This document shows, piece after piece, positions 10,523 to 20,446 of a stretch of 64,000 nucleotides of DNA. A program made the translations under genes and the position numbers. The notes beneath the pieces were generated by a model. That model was not told the origin of the DNA. It ran no database searches and saw only the letters and a program-made list of their open reading frames with translations. Position 1 is the first letter of the stretch. Each line of letters starts with the position of its first letter. Origin of the DNA: a virus; UHGV virus genome UHGV-2031204. The stretch is one strand, 5' to 3'.

Positions 10523-11074
10523 ATGTTCAATTTAGATAGTGACGGCGTGTTCGCGAGTTGGCGTAAATACGTTCTGACTCACCACTTCCAAGGAATGTCC
10601 ATACAAGAATTTCATGGAATGCCGGAATTGCACCGCCGTGCACTGGTCCGGGAAATGTATTTAAAGGACCCGGATCTTTTTTATAAACTGGACCCTATAC
10701 CCGAGGCTGCAAAAATCCTCGAAACGGTAGAAAGTCTGGGGGAATGTTGGGCGATATTAACGTCGGGTTCGGAAGACCATTTCGATCACGACCGTGTTGT
10801 TGAGTGTAAAAAATTATTCTTCGAGAAACACTTTGGTGTGCCTGGTCACAAAGTTATCGTGACTACAAACTCTGCGGAAAAAGCGACTTACGCTGATAAA
10901 GGGAGATTGTTAGTGGATGACTATGGCCGGAATTGCCGTGAGTGGGTGTTAAAGAACGGGACCGCGATTTATACGCGAACGGATGAACCTGACGTCGATG
11001 TGGTTTGTCGACAACTCAGAACATTCGCAGAAAATCCCTTCGAATACTCAGGTCAAATTTTGTGCGTGCAGTAA
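10523..11074 (+). CDS. HAD-superfamily phosphatase, 5'(3')-deoxyribonucleotidase-like
   Basis: N-terminal MFNLDSDGVFASW matches HAD motif I (DxDGV) as seen in NT5C-type phage nucleotidases; AAAAGGA RBS. Confidence 0.55.
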   Translation: MFNLDSDGVFASWRKYVLTHHFQGMSIQEFHGMPELHRRALVREMYLKDPDLFYKLDPIPEAAKILETVESLGECWAILTSGSEDHFDHDRVVECKKLFFEKHFGVPGHKVIVTTNSAEKATYADKGRLLVDDYGRNCREWVLKNGTAIYTRTDEPDVDVVCRQLRTFAENPFEYSGQILCVQ

Positions 11075-11083
11075 AACCTTTTC

Positions 11084-11124
11084 GGCTAGTCTATTCGATG
11101 AATAGACTAGCCCACTTATATTTT
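11084..11124 (+). terminator. intrinsic terminator candidate
   Basis: Long hairpin GGCTAGTCTATTCGATGAATAGACTAGCC followed by T-rich sequence. Confidence 0.55.
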
Positions 11125-11131
11125 AACCCTA

Positions 11132-11166
11132 TTGAAAATTATCTTAGATATATTTTACTTAGGTGA
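11132..11166 (+). promoter_or_regulatory. conserved promoter-like element, variant copy
   Basis: TTGAAAATTATCTTAGATATATTTTACTTAGGTGA, 52 nt upstream of ATG 11219. Confidence 0.45.
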
Positions 11167-11218
11167 GCGTTGTAGAATTACACGCTATTCGACTGTTTAA
11201 CCTAAAGGAGTATTAAAA

Positions 11219-11608
11219 ATGAAAAACGAATTATTTAAAGACCCGTTTGTTGTATTAATGATTTCTACTCGTGCTATCACGCGTCAAGATGACCTGGAAC
11301 GATTAATTACAGATGAAACTTATCTGTGCGAGCAACGTGACAAACTACTGAACAAAGAATGTCCTTATGAAGATATCGGTCCTCTAGTGACTATCGTCCG
11401 TAACCCAGAGTGGCGTAGAAACAACGAATTGTCTGATATCTTGAGTGTTTCGCTTGCAAAACTGGCAATGTTGTTCTCTCTCGATAAAGACCTTAAACAA
11501 TGTCTTACTACGCCAGACCGCATCAAAATGTTTGAAGGCATTCGGGAATCAGTTAAACAGATTAATGCTATCAAAAGCAATTGGATGCTCTCTAGCGTAG
11601 GTAGCTAA
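11219..11608 (+). CDS. hypothetical protein (early-promoter-motif gene)
   Basis: 129-aa ORF preceded by conserved CCTAAAGGAG leader and the promoter-like motif. Confidence 0.65.
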   Translation: MKNELFKDPFVVLMISTRAITRQDDLERLITDETYLCEQRDKLLNKECPYEDIGPLVTIVRNPEWRRNNELSDILSVSLAKLAMLFSLDKDLKQCLTTPDRIKMFEGIRESVKQINAIKSNWMLSSVGS

Positions 11609-11609
11609 G

Positions 11610-11999
11610 ATGAAATGGTCAAAAGAACTTATCAATGCCTGTCGTGATCCCTTTACATTATGGATTCTGTGTAGCTTACGTCGCGATGACAGATTCTATA
11701 CTTTCGTAACAGACCCTCAAGCGCTCGAACTCCACGTAAAACGCGTTGAGGCGCATTTAGAGACGTTAAAAGAGGAAAGCAATACCATCGTACCTAAAGA
11801 TGCGTTTCTGTGCCGTATGGCGTCTCCTAAGTGGCGTGAAGCGCATCGGCTAAAAGCACCTACTCTCCCGGATATGGTGCAAGAGCTTGCAAGGGTAGTA
11901 AGCGCTGACCATATCCTCTATCGAAACATCATCCAAGAACCTGACGATTGGAAAAACCATCGTATTCTGTTGGCACGCTGTCAGTTCACATTCTCTTAA
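11610..11999 (+). CDS. hypothetical protein
   Basis: 129-aa ORF starting 2 nt after the upstream stop. Confidence 0.65.
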   Translation: MKWSKELINACRDPFTLWILCSLRRDDRFYTFVTDPQALELHVKRVEAHLETLKEESNTIVPKDAFLCRMASPKWREAHRLKAPTLPDMVQELARVVSADHILYRNIIQEPDDWKNHRILLARCQFTFS

Positions 12000-12020
12000 T
12001 CGACTTGTAAGGTATTATCA

Positions 12021-12692
12021 ATGGAAGCTACTGAAATTAATAAATTCTGGGAACGTGTACTTAGCCACTTCCGCGATTTCTATCGCTATACCGATAGCGC
12101 GCACCGACTAGACCACATTCTTTCTGTGAAGTCGAACGCTGTTCGTATCGCTTACCTGTTGAATGAAACGCAGCACTTAAAGAATGTTCTGGTTGCCGTG
12201 GCAGCGCACGATATTTTCTCCACACCTGCTGACCGTGCTTCACACCACATCAAGGCATTCAATTACGTGCTTGATTCTGCACCTATACTCAAGCGTCGTT
12301 TTAAACTTAGTTCCGACGATGTGACCGAGGTAGCGTATGCAGTATTAGAACATCGGAGTTCCCACAAAGGTGGTTATAATTCCATTGTTTCTGAAATTGT
12401 CGCTGCCGCCGATCGCGGCATCCCTACCGTCGAGGAAGTTAAAAATTACATGCACCGCTCTTACTTATACGCACGTGACCATGGAAAATCTGTTACTGAT
12501 TCAAAATTCCATGCAATCAGTCACGTGCAAAATAAGTTCGGTCGTAATGGTAAATCTCGTGTTCCTGATTGGTATAACGCATTGTTTGCGAAAGAAATCT
12601 TGGAACGCCAAGAGTACGTTGAAATGCTCGACTTAGCGTATTTCACCGACGAAATCATCACTGGCTTAGAAAGCCGTCTTCAACAACAGTAA
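12021..12692 (+). CDS. HD-domain phosphohydrolase-like protein
   Basis: H..H then VAVAAHDI (HD dyad) and downstream His/Asp residues typical of HD metal sites; motif-level only. Confidence 0.45.
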   Translation: MEATEINKFWERVLSHFRDFYRYTDSAHRLDHILSVKSNAVRIAYLLNETQHLKNVLVAVAAHDIFSTPADRASHHIKAFNYVLDSAPILKRRFKLSSDDVTEVAYAVLEHRSSHKGGYNSIVSEIVAAADRGIPTVEEVKNYMHRSYLYARDHGKSVTDSKFHAISHVQNKFGRNGKSRVPDWYNALFAKEILERQEYVEMLDLAYFTDEIITGLESRLQQQ

Positions 12693-12711
12693 ACCTTAAG
12701 GAATAAATCAA

Positions 12712-13194
12712 ATGGCACAAGTAATGTCTACTAAAGAACTGGCTGCAATGATCGATGCGCTGGAAACTCCGGCAATGACTATGGACGAAAGCGCGGTACT
12801 TAACGCAGACCCGTTAATCAAAATCTACGAAGAATCACTTCCGGTCATCAAAGTGAACGACACCGATTATCGTCTGACGCTACAGGATGCGGATGCGGTT
12901 CGCCAACACGATGCAAACTTCCTGGAAGTCTACGGTAAGGTTGCATCAGAACTTATCGTTGAGAAAGCGAAAGCAGACGACGAATTGGTCGCACTGGACC
13001 TTACCACGAATATTGGTAACGCGTCGTTCTCTACGGTGTTCTCACGTCCAACTGGGGAAACAGTAGGGGCGTCTGAATGGGCAGCTTCTATCGGCTTTGG
13101 TTACGGTGTACCTAAGTCAAAAGAGCTGGAAGGGAAAATGCGCAAAGTGTTTGCCGATGCGATGATGGCGGGCGATGACGAAGACGACGAATAA
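12712..13194 (+). CDS. hypothetical protein with acidic C-terminus
   Basis: 160-aa ORF, AAGGAA RBS, C-terminal GDDEDDE; followed by two intrinsic terminators. Confidence 0.65.
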   Translation: MAQVMSTKELAAMIDALETPAMTMDESAVLNADPLIKIYEESLPVIKVNDTDYRLTLQDADAVRQHDANFLEVYGKVASELIVEKAKADDELVALDLTTNIGNASFSTVFSRPTGETVGASEWAASIGFGYGVPKSKELEGKMRKVFADAMMAGDDEDDE

Positions 13195-13212
13195 GATCGG
13201 TATTATTTCAGG

Positions 13213-13235
13213 AGCCCGACTATATCGGGCTTTTG
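13213..13235 (+). terminator. intrinsic terminator
   Basis: AGCCCGACTATATCGGGCT hairpin followed by TTTTG. Confidence 0.6.
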
Positions 13236-13353
13236 TTCCTGAAGAGAAAATCAATCCTACGAAATGGCAACAACCTCTTTCTCGGAAGCCAGGGCCACCT
13301 AGACCGATTGATGGTCTGGTTTACCTGAGCCACCGACGGAGAAAATAAAATCT

Positions 13354-13384
13354 AGGGCGGTCTTATGACCGCCCTATTTTTTTT
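13354..13384 (+). terminator. intrinsic terminator
   Basis: AGGGCGGTCTTATGACCGCCCT hairpin followed by T8. Confidence 0.75.
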
Positions 13385-13403
13385 GATTTCAGGAGATAAA
13401 ACA

Positions 13404-13961
13404 ATGCAAAACTTATTCGATGGTTATCCCATGGCTCAAGAAAAGCCGAATACAGAACGGCCCGTACCGCTTCCTAACGTCATGAACCGTACAGAAGTCA
13501 TTAGTCATCTTAACCAGATCGGTGAAATCTTTACGTTGTCTATGCAAGCCACTTTAGGTGATGCGTTTCCACACATCGCGGGCTGGCCTGCTGAAACGAT
13601 CCCACACACTATCAACGGCTACCAGCGTTTCTTAACCGAAATACGTAGCAGTTCTGTCGGTAATGTCGTCGCCGGTTACGTTATCCGTTTCAAACAACTC
13701 TTACGGATTGAGTTCGGTGAAGATGTATTAGAAGCGTTAGAATCTGAATTGGTTAGCTTGCACAACAACGAAATTATACGTAACGAAAAAGGAAATGGCG
13801 ACACAGAACTAACACTGTGGCGTGTTGCTTATCCCAGCGACACCACCAACACACCACCCACCACGTTCGATTTACTCTCTACGTTCCTGCTGCTAATGCA
13901 GATGAAAAACTTAATTATTCGTTCTTCTGCCCGTAAACAACTGGCGCAAGAAGAAAAATAA
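13404..13961 (+). CDS. hypothetical protein
   Basis: Start chosen at ATG 13404 after AGGAGA RBS (ORF track begins at 13365 inside the terminator). Confidence 0.65.
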   Translation: MQNLFDGYPMAQEKPNTERPVPLPNVMNRTEVISHLNQIGEIFTLSMQATLGDAFPHIAGWPAETIPHTINGYQRFLTEIRSSSVGNVVAGYVIRFKQLLRIEFGEDVLEALESELVSLHNNEIIRNEKGNGDTELTLWRVAYPSDTTNTPPTTFDLLSTFLLLMQMKNLIIRSSARKQLAQEEK

Positions 13962-13967
13962 AAGCTA

Positions 13968-14008
13968 CCTACCTCCATGACGGAGGTAGGTAAACTTATT
14001 TTTTTTTG
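13968..14008. terminator. bidirectional intrinsic terminator between convergent genes
   Basis: CCTACCTCCATGACGGAGGTAGG hairpin flanked by A-run upstream and T9 downstream. Confidence 0.75.
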
Positions 14009-14009
14009 C

Positions 14010-14885
14010 TTAACGAAGCTGATTTGCCATCTGCTCGTCGGACACAGAACGATAACCGCCAGCCGTAGCATCGACGTCTGGGTTGATGCCGTTGGTCTGT
14101 TGAGACGGAGTAAGCCACAGTTTGCGTTCGTAAGGACGCAGGCCGTAAAGCTTCATGCGCTCCAGTTCTTTCTGAGCTGCCTGCATCGGACCCCAACCTG
14201 TCCATTGCTGGGAGGTGAAGGTGATAGACAGTTCGTTGGTCTGAGGACCGGTGTTCGGGTCACGTTCACCGATATCCTGACCGTTAGACTCAGGAGCCAT
14301 GTTCGTCAGCCACCAAGCGTTCTGCGGTTTACGCTGATACGCATCCGGTTCGAAATACAGCACGGTCATGCTGTACATATCCGGCAGGTGGTCAGGAACG
14401 TTCGGGTTGATTGCCGCCAGACCAGGGTGGCCTGTGTGCGGGTCACAAACACCGTATACCAGCCACGCCCAGAGCATGTTCTGATACACTTTACCCAGTT
14501 TATCCGGGGTCGTGTGCGTAACCGAAGACAGTGCTTCGGTTACCAGACCAGCTTCGTACTGAACGCGGTTGTTACGTCCCTGCTGAGTCTGTACGTACTC
14601 AGCACTCAGGGATTTGTCCAGGCCGGTAATCGTGGTGTGAACCTCGATGAACGATTTGATTGCCTGACGCCACAGTTGTGGGTTCGGCATGTAATCAACC
14701 CAACGAGGGAACTCCATCACACGTGCGATTACGTTACGACGCAGACGGTGGGCGTTGGTAACGAACTTACCAACCTGACCGACCGGACCGTTTTGACCAG
14801 ACGAGAAGGGGTTAACCATATCGTACTGGCCGCCGTCGACGTGGAGGCCCTGGTCAGGTAAAATCATGCGTTCTTTGATAGACAT
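14010..14885 (-). CDS. hypothetical protein, probable abundant virion structural component
   Basis: 291-aa minus-strand ORF; GGAGG RBS and TAATAGATG stop-start coupling with the upstream 685-aa gene; opposite-strand ORF 13977..14861 is Arg-rich antisense-like. Confidence 0.7.
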   Translation of the reverse strand: MSIKERMILPDQGLHVDGGQYDMVNPFSSGQNGPVGQVGKFVTNAHRLRRNVIARVMEFPRWVDYMPNPQLWRQAIKSFIEVHTTITGLDKSLSAEYVQTQQGRNNRVQYEAGLVTEALSSVTHTTPDKLGKVYQNMLWAWLVYGVCDPHTGHPGLAAINPNVPDHLPDMYSMTVLYFEPDAYQRKPQNAWWLTNMAPESNGQDIGERDPNTGPQTNELSITFTSQQWTGWGPMQAAQKELERMKLYGLRPYERKLWLTPSQQTNGINPDVDATAGGYRSVSDEQMANQLR

Positions 14886-14888
14886 CTA

Positions 14889-16946
14889 TTAGACCTCCGT
14901 ACTGTTGCGACGATAAACTTTGATCGTCGTGTTGAACTGCGACAACAGTACACCGCCTTCAGCTTTAATGTCCAGCGTGATAGAGTAGCCATTGGCTTTA
15001 TCGTCCGCTGTCATATACGCACTCGGGGTAATGTCGGCAATATTATCCAGGCGACCTTCCAAACGCTCGGTGATTTTGTTTTCAATCATTTTCGCGCGTT
15101 CGTCGTCCGTCATACGGCTTTCACCGGACATATCTGCCCAAACCTGATCACTGACACGATAAACGTAAGTCAGGATAAAGTTAAACAGTGCATTGTTCAG
15201 CACTGAACGTTCTTCGCTATAGATGGACTGGATAGCTGGGATGAACAAACGATAGTAGTCGCGGGAACGTGCGGTAACCAGAGACACATCCCAGTCGGAT
15301 GCGTAAATCTCGTTACCTTTCCACGGCATACTCAAATCGTACAGATCTTCGATGATCGTCTCTTCACCACGGCTGAAACGATACGCCGGTTTTGCACGTC
15401 CTTCACCGGAACCGAGATACTTCGAGAAGAAGTTCGCAATGCTATAACACATCGGAACCGGTTTCTTGTAGCTCGAGTTACGGATGAATGCAGACTGGCC
15501 AGTAATCATCCCACGGCACGCCGGGGTACCGTAATAGGACGACTCAGGCACGGACGTAATCATTTCGATCAGCGCTGTCTTCACGTTCTCTTCGGTTTGT
15601 AAGTCATTACGACCTTCGTTATAAACGTGAGTACAGAGTGTCAAGAACGTGTTACGAGAACGGCCAATGAAATTGGTCAGCACTTTCTTGGTATCCATGC
15701 TAAAACCGGAGTCCCAGAAGCAGCCTAACGAATATTTCAGTTCGTTATCGTAACGGACTTTACCGCCGTCCGGGAACAGGCTCATCTCACGACGCACGAG
15801 TTTGTCGTAAGCATCGTTACCCATCGTCCCGTCACTACCGCCCTGCAGATAGTGAATATTAGAAGCAGAAAAGACAACTTTACCCACTTCATCAGATGGG
15901 CTAACTTGCAGACCATCGTACATTTGACCGGTTAAATCCAGACCGCCGAAGATATCGACCATATACGGATCGGTAATCGCTGGTTTCGCATTCTGAATTT
16001 TAGACTGTGCCAGTTTCAGAACAGTTTCCAGGTTTTCACGGTAAATGTAGAACTCTTCGAAAGGACCGTAGTCCGGCAGACCGCCGATGTCTGGCATCGT
16101 CTGACGATAGGCATCTGGAACAACGACTTCGAAGTCCAGTTGAGTAGCCATCGGCTGATAGTATGCATCGGGCTTGAAGCTAACATTGATGCTGCTAAGA
16201 CCTTTAATGGTCTTCCAAATTACCGGCGATGTAACCCCTGCTAAGGTTTCAAACCATTGCAGTGCGTACATACGTCCACCTACGTTGGTCTGATAAGCAG
16301 ACGCGATAGATGGGCTGGATTTTTCGTTCAGCGGAACCAGTTTAAAACCGAAACCGTTGACATCAGCACCCGCATACGGGCCTTTAATGTCGAAGATCGG
16401 ATAAAGCTTTGATTTCGCGCTGGTGGTTTCGTCGGTCATTGTCCCTTCAGTAACCACACCTTTTTTCAGGGTGCTTACATCTTCGACAACTTGCAGACGG
16501 AAAACCACTTTCAAGCCATCAACGTCTTCTTTCTTCTTCGGCTTACCGTTAGTTTCATACTGGATAATGCCGTTCACACGCTCGTATGAAGGAACTTTGG
16601 TTTCGAGGACGTCAGCCACCAGACGGACAGCTGCGACTTTCGCATCGTCCGGCACCAGACGCTGATACATACACTCGTTACCATTGGCATTAAACATCGC
16701 CTGGAAGGGTGTGTTGAACGTCGCGTAATCGCCACGCAGGTCGAACAAATCACGACCAAGCAGAGACAATGCATTATCCCCGGATAACGGGAACGCCTCG
16801 TCGTCTACCCCGCGTGATGCAAAGGTGAAGATCAGCGGCTTATGAATCGGATCACCCGTGGGGGTCCGGACAAGCTCAGGGACAGAGTTATCCTGCCACC
16901 CTTGCTTGTTATTCAATGGCGCGCCGTTTCGTGGAATAAAACTCAT
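14889..16946 (-). CDS. hypothetical large protein, probable virion structural component (sheath or capsid class; unresolved)
   Basis: 685-aa minus-strand ORF co-oriented and coupled with 14010..14885; size fits myovirus sheath or major capsid proteins; no diagnostic motif seen. Confidence 0.65.
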   Translation of the reverse strand: MSFIPRNGAPLNNKQGWQDNSVPELVRTPTGDPIHKPLIFTFASRGVDDEAFPLSGDNALSLLGRDLFDLRGDYATFNTPFQAMFNANGNECMYQRLVPDDAKVAAVRLVADVLETKVPSYERVNGIIQYETNGKPKKKEDVDGLKVVFRLQVVEDVSTLKKGVVTEGTMTDETTSAKSKLYPIFDIKGPYAGADVNGFGFKLVPLNEKSSPSIASAYQTNVGGRMYALQWFETLAGVTSPVIWKTIKGLSSINVSFKPDAYYQPMATQLDFEVVVPDAYRQTMPDIGGLPDYGPFEEFYIYRENLETVLKLAQSKIQNAKPAITDPYMVDIFGGLDLTGQMYDGLQVSPSDEVGKVVFSASNIHYLQGGSDGTMGNDAYDKLVRREMSLFPDGGKVRYDNELKYSLGCFWDSGFSMDTKKVLTNFIGRSRNTFLTLCTHVYNEGRNDLQTEENVKTALIEMITSVPESSYYGTPACRGMITGQSAFIRNSSYKKPVPMCYSIANFFSKYLGSGEGRAKPAYRFSRGEETIIEDLYDLSMPWKGNEIYASDWDVSLVTARSRDYYRLFIPAIQSIYSEERSVLNNALFNFILTYVYRVSDQVWADMSGESRMTDDERAKMIENKITERLEGRLDNIADITPSAYMTADDKANGYSITLDIKAEGGVLLSQFNTTIKVYRRNSTEV

Positions 16947-17008
16947 GGAACGTCTCCATATTCAGTCTTTAAGACCTTGAAAAAGGGTCATACTAAGGTA
17001 TCATACTC

Positions 17009-17917
17009 ATGGCACTCAAAAACGCTTACAACGGTACTCCGTTTAATACCATAGACCTTACCCGCTTACATGCGGATTTGGAACTGGCGCGTAAAGTCAA
17101 TCAGACTGTTGCACAGTCTGACGAAGTACATTACGTTATCGAAACCGCCGATGTAAAACCGTTCCCGTTACCGATCGTCATCGGTGATGACGTGTACGTT
17201 GACGCACGAACTTTCACTACGCTCGATAAAAACGGCGTACTGAAAATCCGTAACCCCATTGAGCACCAATTACGTCTCGACGAAGCACGTTGGGAATTAG
17301 TGTGGAAACGGAACAATGATAAGCTCGGTACATTAATGTCACGTATGTCTTATCACCATGAGATCTTCAGCAGGTGGATTAGCGATGCAATTGAACACAC
17401 CTACGCACTTGCTCCATATCAAAGTGGTCAAGTCAAGGCACTCGCTGCCCTGTTCTCCGTAGGACAGTTCTACAACAACTTCGAAGATGAAGTTAAAATG
17501 TTAAGAATGCAGCAGCAGTTAGAACGTGAACTTCGCCTCGGACCACAGATTTTTGAAACTGTTACCGGAAACACAGAGTTCCTGTTCCCACGCAATATCG
17601 GTGAATTTGTCGAGATGGTAAAAGCTGCAGACATTACCGCACGCTTAAAAGATCTCAGCGTAGTAAGTTTGCAAGGTATGCTGGCAACGAGCTTGGGTAG
17701 CTTTATTAGCTACGATCGTCAACTTGTTACCAGCGCCATCGAATATCCGCCGTCTCTCTTTGTTATTACCCGCACTTGCTTAGAGAACGTGATATTTAAC
17801 CGCTCCCGTTTAGGTGGACTAATTAAGAAATGTGACGTGGCAAAACGTAAAGACGCTTTTATCATGGCATACGACACATTACTTAACCAAAACACCAAAC
17901 CGATAAACAACCAGTAA
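17009..17917 (+). CDS. hypothetical protein
   Basis: 302-aa ORF divergent from the 14889..16946 gene. Confidence 0.7.
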   Translation: MALKNAYNGTPFNTIDLTRLHADLELARKVNQTVAQSDEVHYVIETADVKPFPLPIVIGDDVYVDARTFTTLDKNGVLKIRNPIEHQLRLDEARWELVWKRNNDKLGTLMSRMSYHHEIFSRWISDAIEHTYALAPYQSGQVKALAALFSVGQFYNNFEDEVKMLRMQQQLERELRLGPQIFETVTGNTEFLFPRNIGEFVEMVKAADITARLKDLSVVSLQGMLATSLGSFISYDRQLVTSAIEYPPSLFVITRTCLENVIFNRSRLGGLIKKCDVAKRKDAFIMAYDTLLNQNTKPINNQ

Positions 17918-17927
17918 GAGGTCCACT

Positions 17928-20444
17928 ATGGAGAACTGGCTGGTCGCCCACGCCATCCAAAAAGCGTGGCAGCGTCCATATCTTGACGGGGTGCTCAACA
18001 TCGCACCCTTCCGTCTTTCACCCAAGACCGGGGCGATCGGCTTTTTCAAACACGGTCGGATTCCGGTCGCTTTACCGAAAGAGAATTCGTGGTGGCACGC
18101 CTATGCGGTGGACAAACTTCACGTAAACTGGGGGAATCTTGCTATCCCCCTAAACCGTTGGAAGAAACTGTCCACTTGCGTAAACGGCTTTAGCACCTGG
18201 ATTCAGGTCTACAACGAAAACGGAACGACGATTCCTTCCGAATACGTTTATTTCTACCGTAACAGTGCGGGAATGGTTTACATGGCTATTCCGCAATCCG
18301 ATCGGTATGCCTGGTTGGACAACGATCCTTGTTACCTGCGAATTTATCCTGGTTACAACGGGGGTGAAAACGCGCCGTACATCAACCCGACGACCGTCGA
18401 GTTTTATTCACCGCCGAATCGTGAACAGGTCCAAAGGGTCATCGATCGGTTTAATTACCTGAAACAACAAAACAAAGGGTACGTTGAGTTCTGGTTAAAC
18501 GGTGAACTTATCGACTCCCCGAAACCTGCGGATATTAAAACGTGGGATGATATCGACATCCGCGTCGACGGTCGTGTTCGTCGTGTTGTAGAGTTTCGCT
18601 GTGGCGACTTACAAACGTTTATGTCCAAACTGGATAGCAAACGAAAATACTTACTCCATATCCCGAAAAAAGATGGCATCTGGATTTTTAACAACGATGC
18701 GGAGATCCAGCTTTATTGGAAAGGTCGGGGACGTTATTACCATCGTCACCGCCACCAGGCGTTACGCCAGCTAACATGGAACGACTTATCAATCCCGACT
18801 GAACGCATTGCAAAATATCGCAACGTTTTTACCGGTTCAATCACCGACCTAGACGATCTGGTCATCAGGCTGATTATTCGCGATGACTATCTGGATATTG
18901 CGCCGTTGTTTAACTCATCGCACATACACGATTTATACCGATTATCAGATGACCTGATTATCGACGCGATGATCGGTGCGAATGCGAACGTAACAGAGTG
19001 GCAGGCTGCTAATCTGGAACAAGCTGCTTTTAACCGACTGGCAGCGGCTAAGCTTGAGAATATTACGCGCGATTTGTGTACTGATGCCTACGGTTACAAC
19101 GCTGTAAGTCGTTATGCTGCAGATACCCCTCAGCGTCTTACGTTAACGGAAGGAGGGTACCGCGCCACCTTACCTGCGTTATTGGCAACCAACTCGACTG
19201 TGTACGAGTACGACGGCGATGGTTTGCTGTTAGAGGCGCATCAAAACCGTGGTTACGACGTATACCAAGCACGCAACCCCAACACCAGAATTATCGAGGC
19301 GATTGAAGGCGACAAAGCCGAGACAGTAACTATCGTTGATAACGCCGACGATTTCGAGATTCAGGAAGGTCAAAACGTTAACTTGTGGCTGCGTAAGGTT
19401 ATTGATGATATTCCACGAGACGAATATCTGAAGGCAGTGGAAGGGACGGATTACACCCGTGAAGGTAATAGCATTACCTGGACTGTGGACCGTACTCGTC
19501 GTCACCCTACGGTGATTTACGACGATCGCCATCTGTATTTCGAAATCGATGTGGCAGTCAGAGAAGGGGAGATTCGTATTCCTATTCTGGCCCGAAACCA
19601 AGAAGGTAAACAACGCACACTCTGGATTCCGATGGAAACCGTCGAAGTGTGGTTAAACGGGCACCCTCTGGTACACGGTATCGATTATCATGTCATTTGG
19701 CCAGAAATCGTTGTAGTCTGTAAAGCGTGGATGAGTGATTCCGATGAAAACCGCATCGCAGTGCGTTGTCGTGGGGTCACTGGTGAACTTCGTATTCCGA
19801 AACACGGTTTCGTCTCGAGTGGCCTGTTATCAAATAACAACCAATTTGATTGTCGCGACGACAAAGTTATTCGTGTCGTTGCTGGCGGTTCCTTGCTATT
19901 GCGCGACGAGGTAGTGTTCCGCGAGGACAACACGGTAGGTGTCAAAATTGTTGATGATGGTTATCCCTACTCTGTCGACGACCCTACAATACCGTTGCGT
20001 ACACTGGTAACGGGGAACACGTATGCGCTCAGGGACGTAGCTCGTGACCTGGATAGCCGTGTAGAAAATTACATGACTAACTGGTTCCCGACACCGCCTC
20101 CACAGAACCCGGTGCCTTTACCGCACTTGTATCACCTTTATTCACCTACGTTGAATAAAATCCTGTGGGACTACTTACAGGGTGTTCTCACCCTCGTGGA
20201 AGACGATCCAGATTATCGTATTTCAACAACACAGTTGGATGAGATTATGGAGCGGTATAAAGACCTGCTTCCGTTCGACCCCGCGTACATCGGTTACGAT
20301 AAAGCGTTTGTCAAGCTCCATCCGCATGTGAAATACCAAACCGTGGAAGTTAACGAACTCGGGTTCGCGTTTTTGGATCGCGTTAACGAGCGGTATCTGA
20401 ATGGTGAAGTTCAGCTGAACCAGTATCTGAAAATCAAGGGTTAA
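17928..20444 (+). CDS. hypothetical large protein (morphogenesis module upstream of terminase)
   Basis: 838-aa ORF with GAGG RBS, tightly packed with neighbours. Confidence 0.7.
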   Translation: MENWLVAHAIQKAWQRPYLDGVLNIAPFRLSPKTGAIGFFKHGRIPVALPKENSWWHAYAVDKLHVNWGNLAIPLNRWKKLSTCVNGFSTWIQVYNENGTTIPSEYVYFYRNSAGMVYMAIPQSDRYAWLDNDPCYLRIYPGYNGGENAPYINPTTVEFYSPPNREQVQRVIDRFNYLKQQNKGYVEFWLNGELIDSPKPADIKTWDDIDIRVDGRVRRVVEFRCGDLQTFMSKLDSKRKYLLHIPKKDGIWIFNNDAEIQLYWKGRGRYYHRHRHQALRQLTWNDLSIPTERIAKYRNVFTGSITDLDDLVIRLIIRDDYLDIAPLFNSSHIHDLYRLSDDLIIDAMIGANANVTEWQAANLEQAAFNRLAAAKLENITRDLCTDAYGYNAVSRYAADTPQRLTLTEGGYRATLPALLATNSTVYEYDGDGLLLEAHQNRGYDVYQARNPNTRIIEAIEGDKAETVTIVDNADDFEIQEGQNVNLWLRKVIDDIPRDEYLKAVEGTDYTREGNSITWTVDRTRRHPTVIYDDRHLYFEIDVAVREGEIRIPILARNQEGKQRTLWIPMETVEVWLNGHPLVHGIDYHVIWPEIVVVCKAWMSDSDENRIAVRCRGVTGELRIPKHGFVSSGLLSNNNQFDCRDDKVIRVVAGGSLLLRDEVVFREDNTVGVKIVDDGYPYSVDDPTIPLRTLVTGNTYALRDVARDLDSRVENYMTNWFPTPPPQNPVPLPHLYHLYSPTLNKILWDYLQGVLTLVEDDPDYRISTTQLDEIMERYKDLLPFDPAYIGYDKAFVKLHPHVKYQTVEVNELGFAFLDRVNERYLNGEVQLNQYLKIKG

Positions 20445-20446
20445 TC

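Noticed and set aside
13977-14861. 294-aa + strand ORF overlapping the minus-strand gene 14010..14885
   Set aside because: Arg-rich, low-complexity translation with no RBS; the minus-strand frame has a GGAGG RBS, coupling to the upstream gene and protein-like composition.
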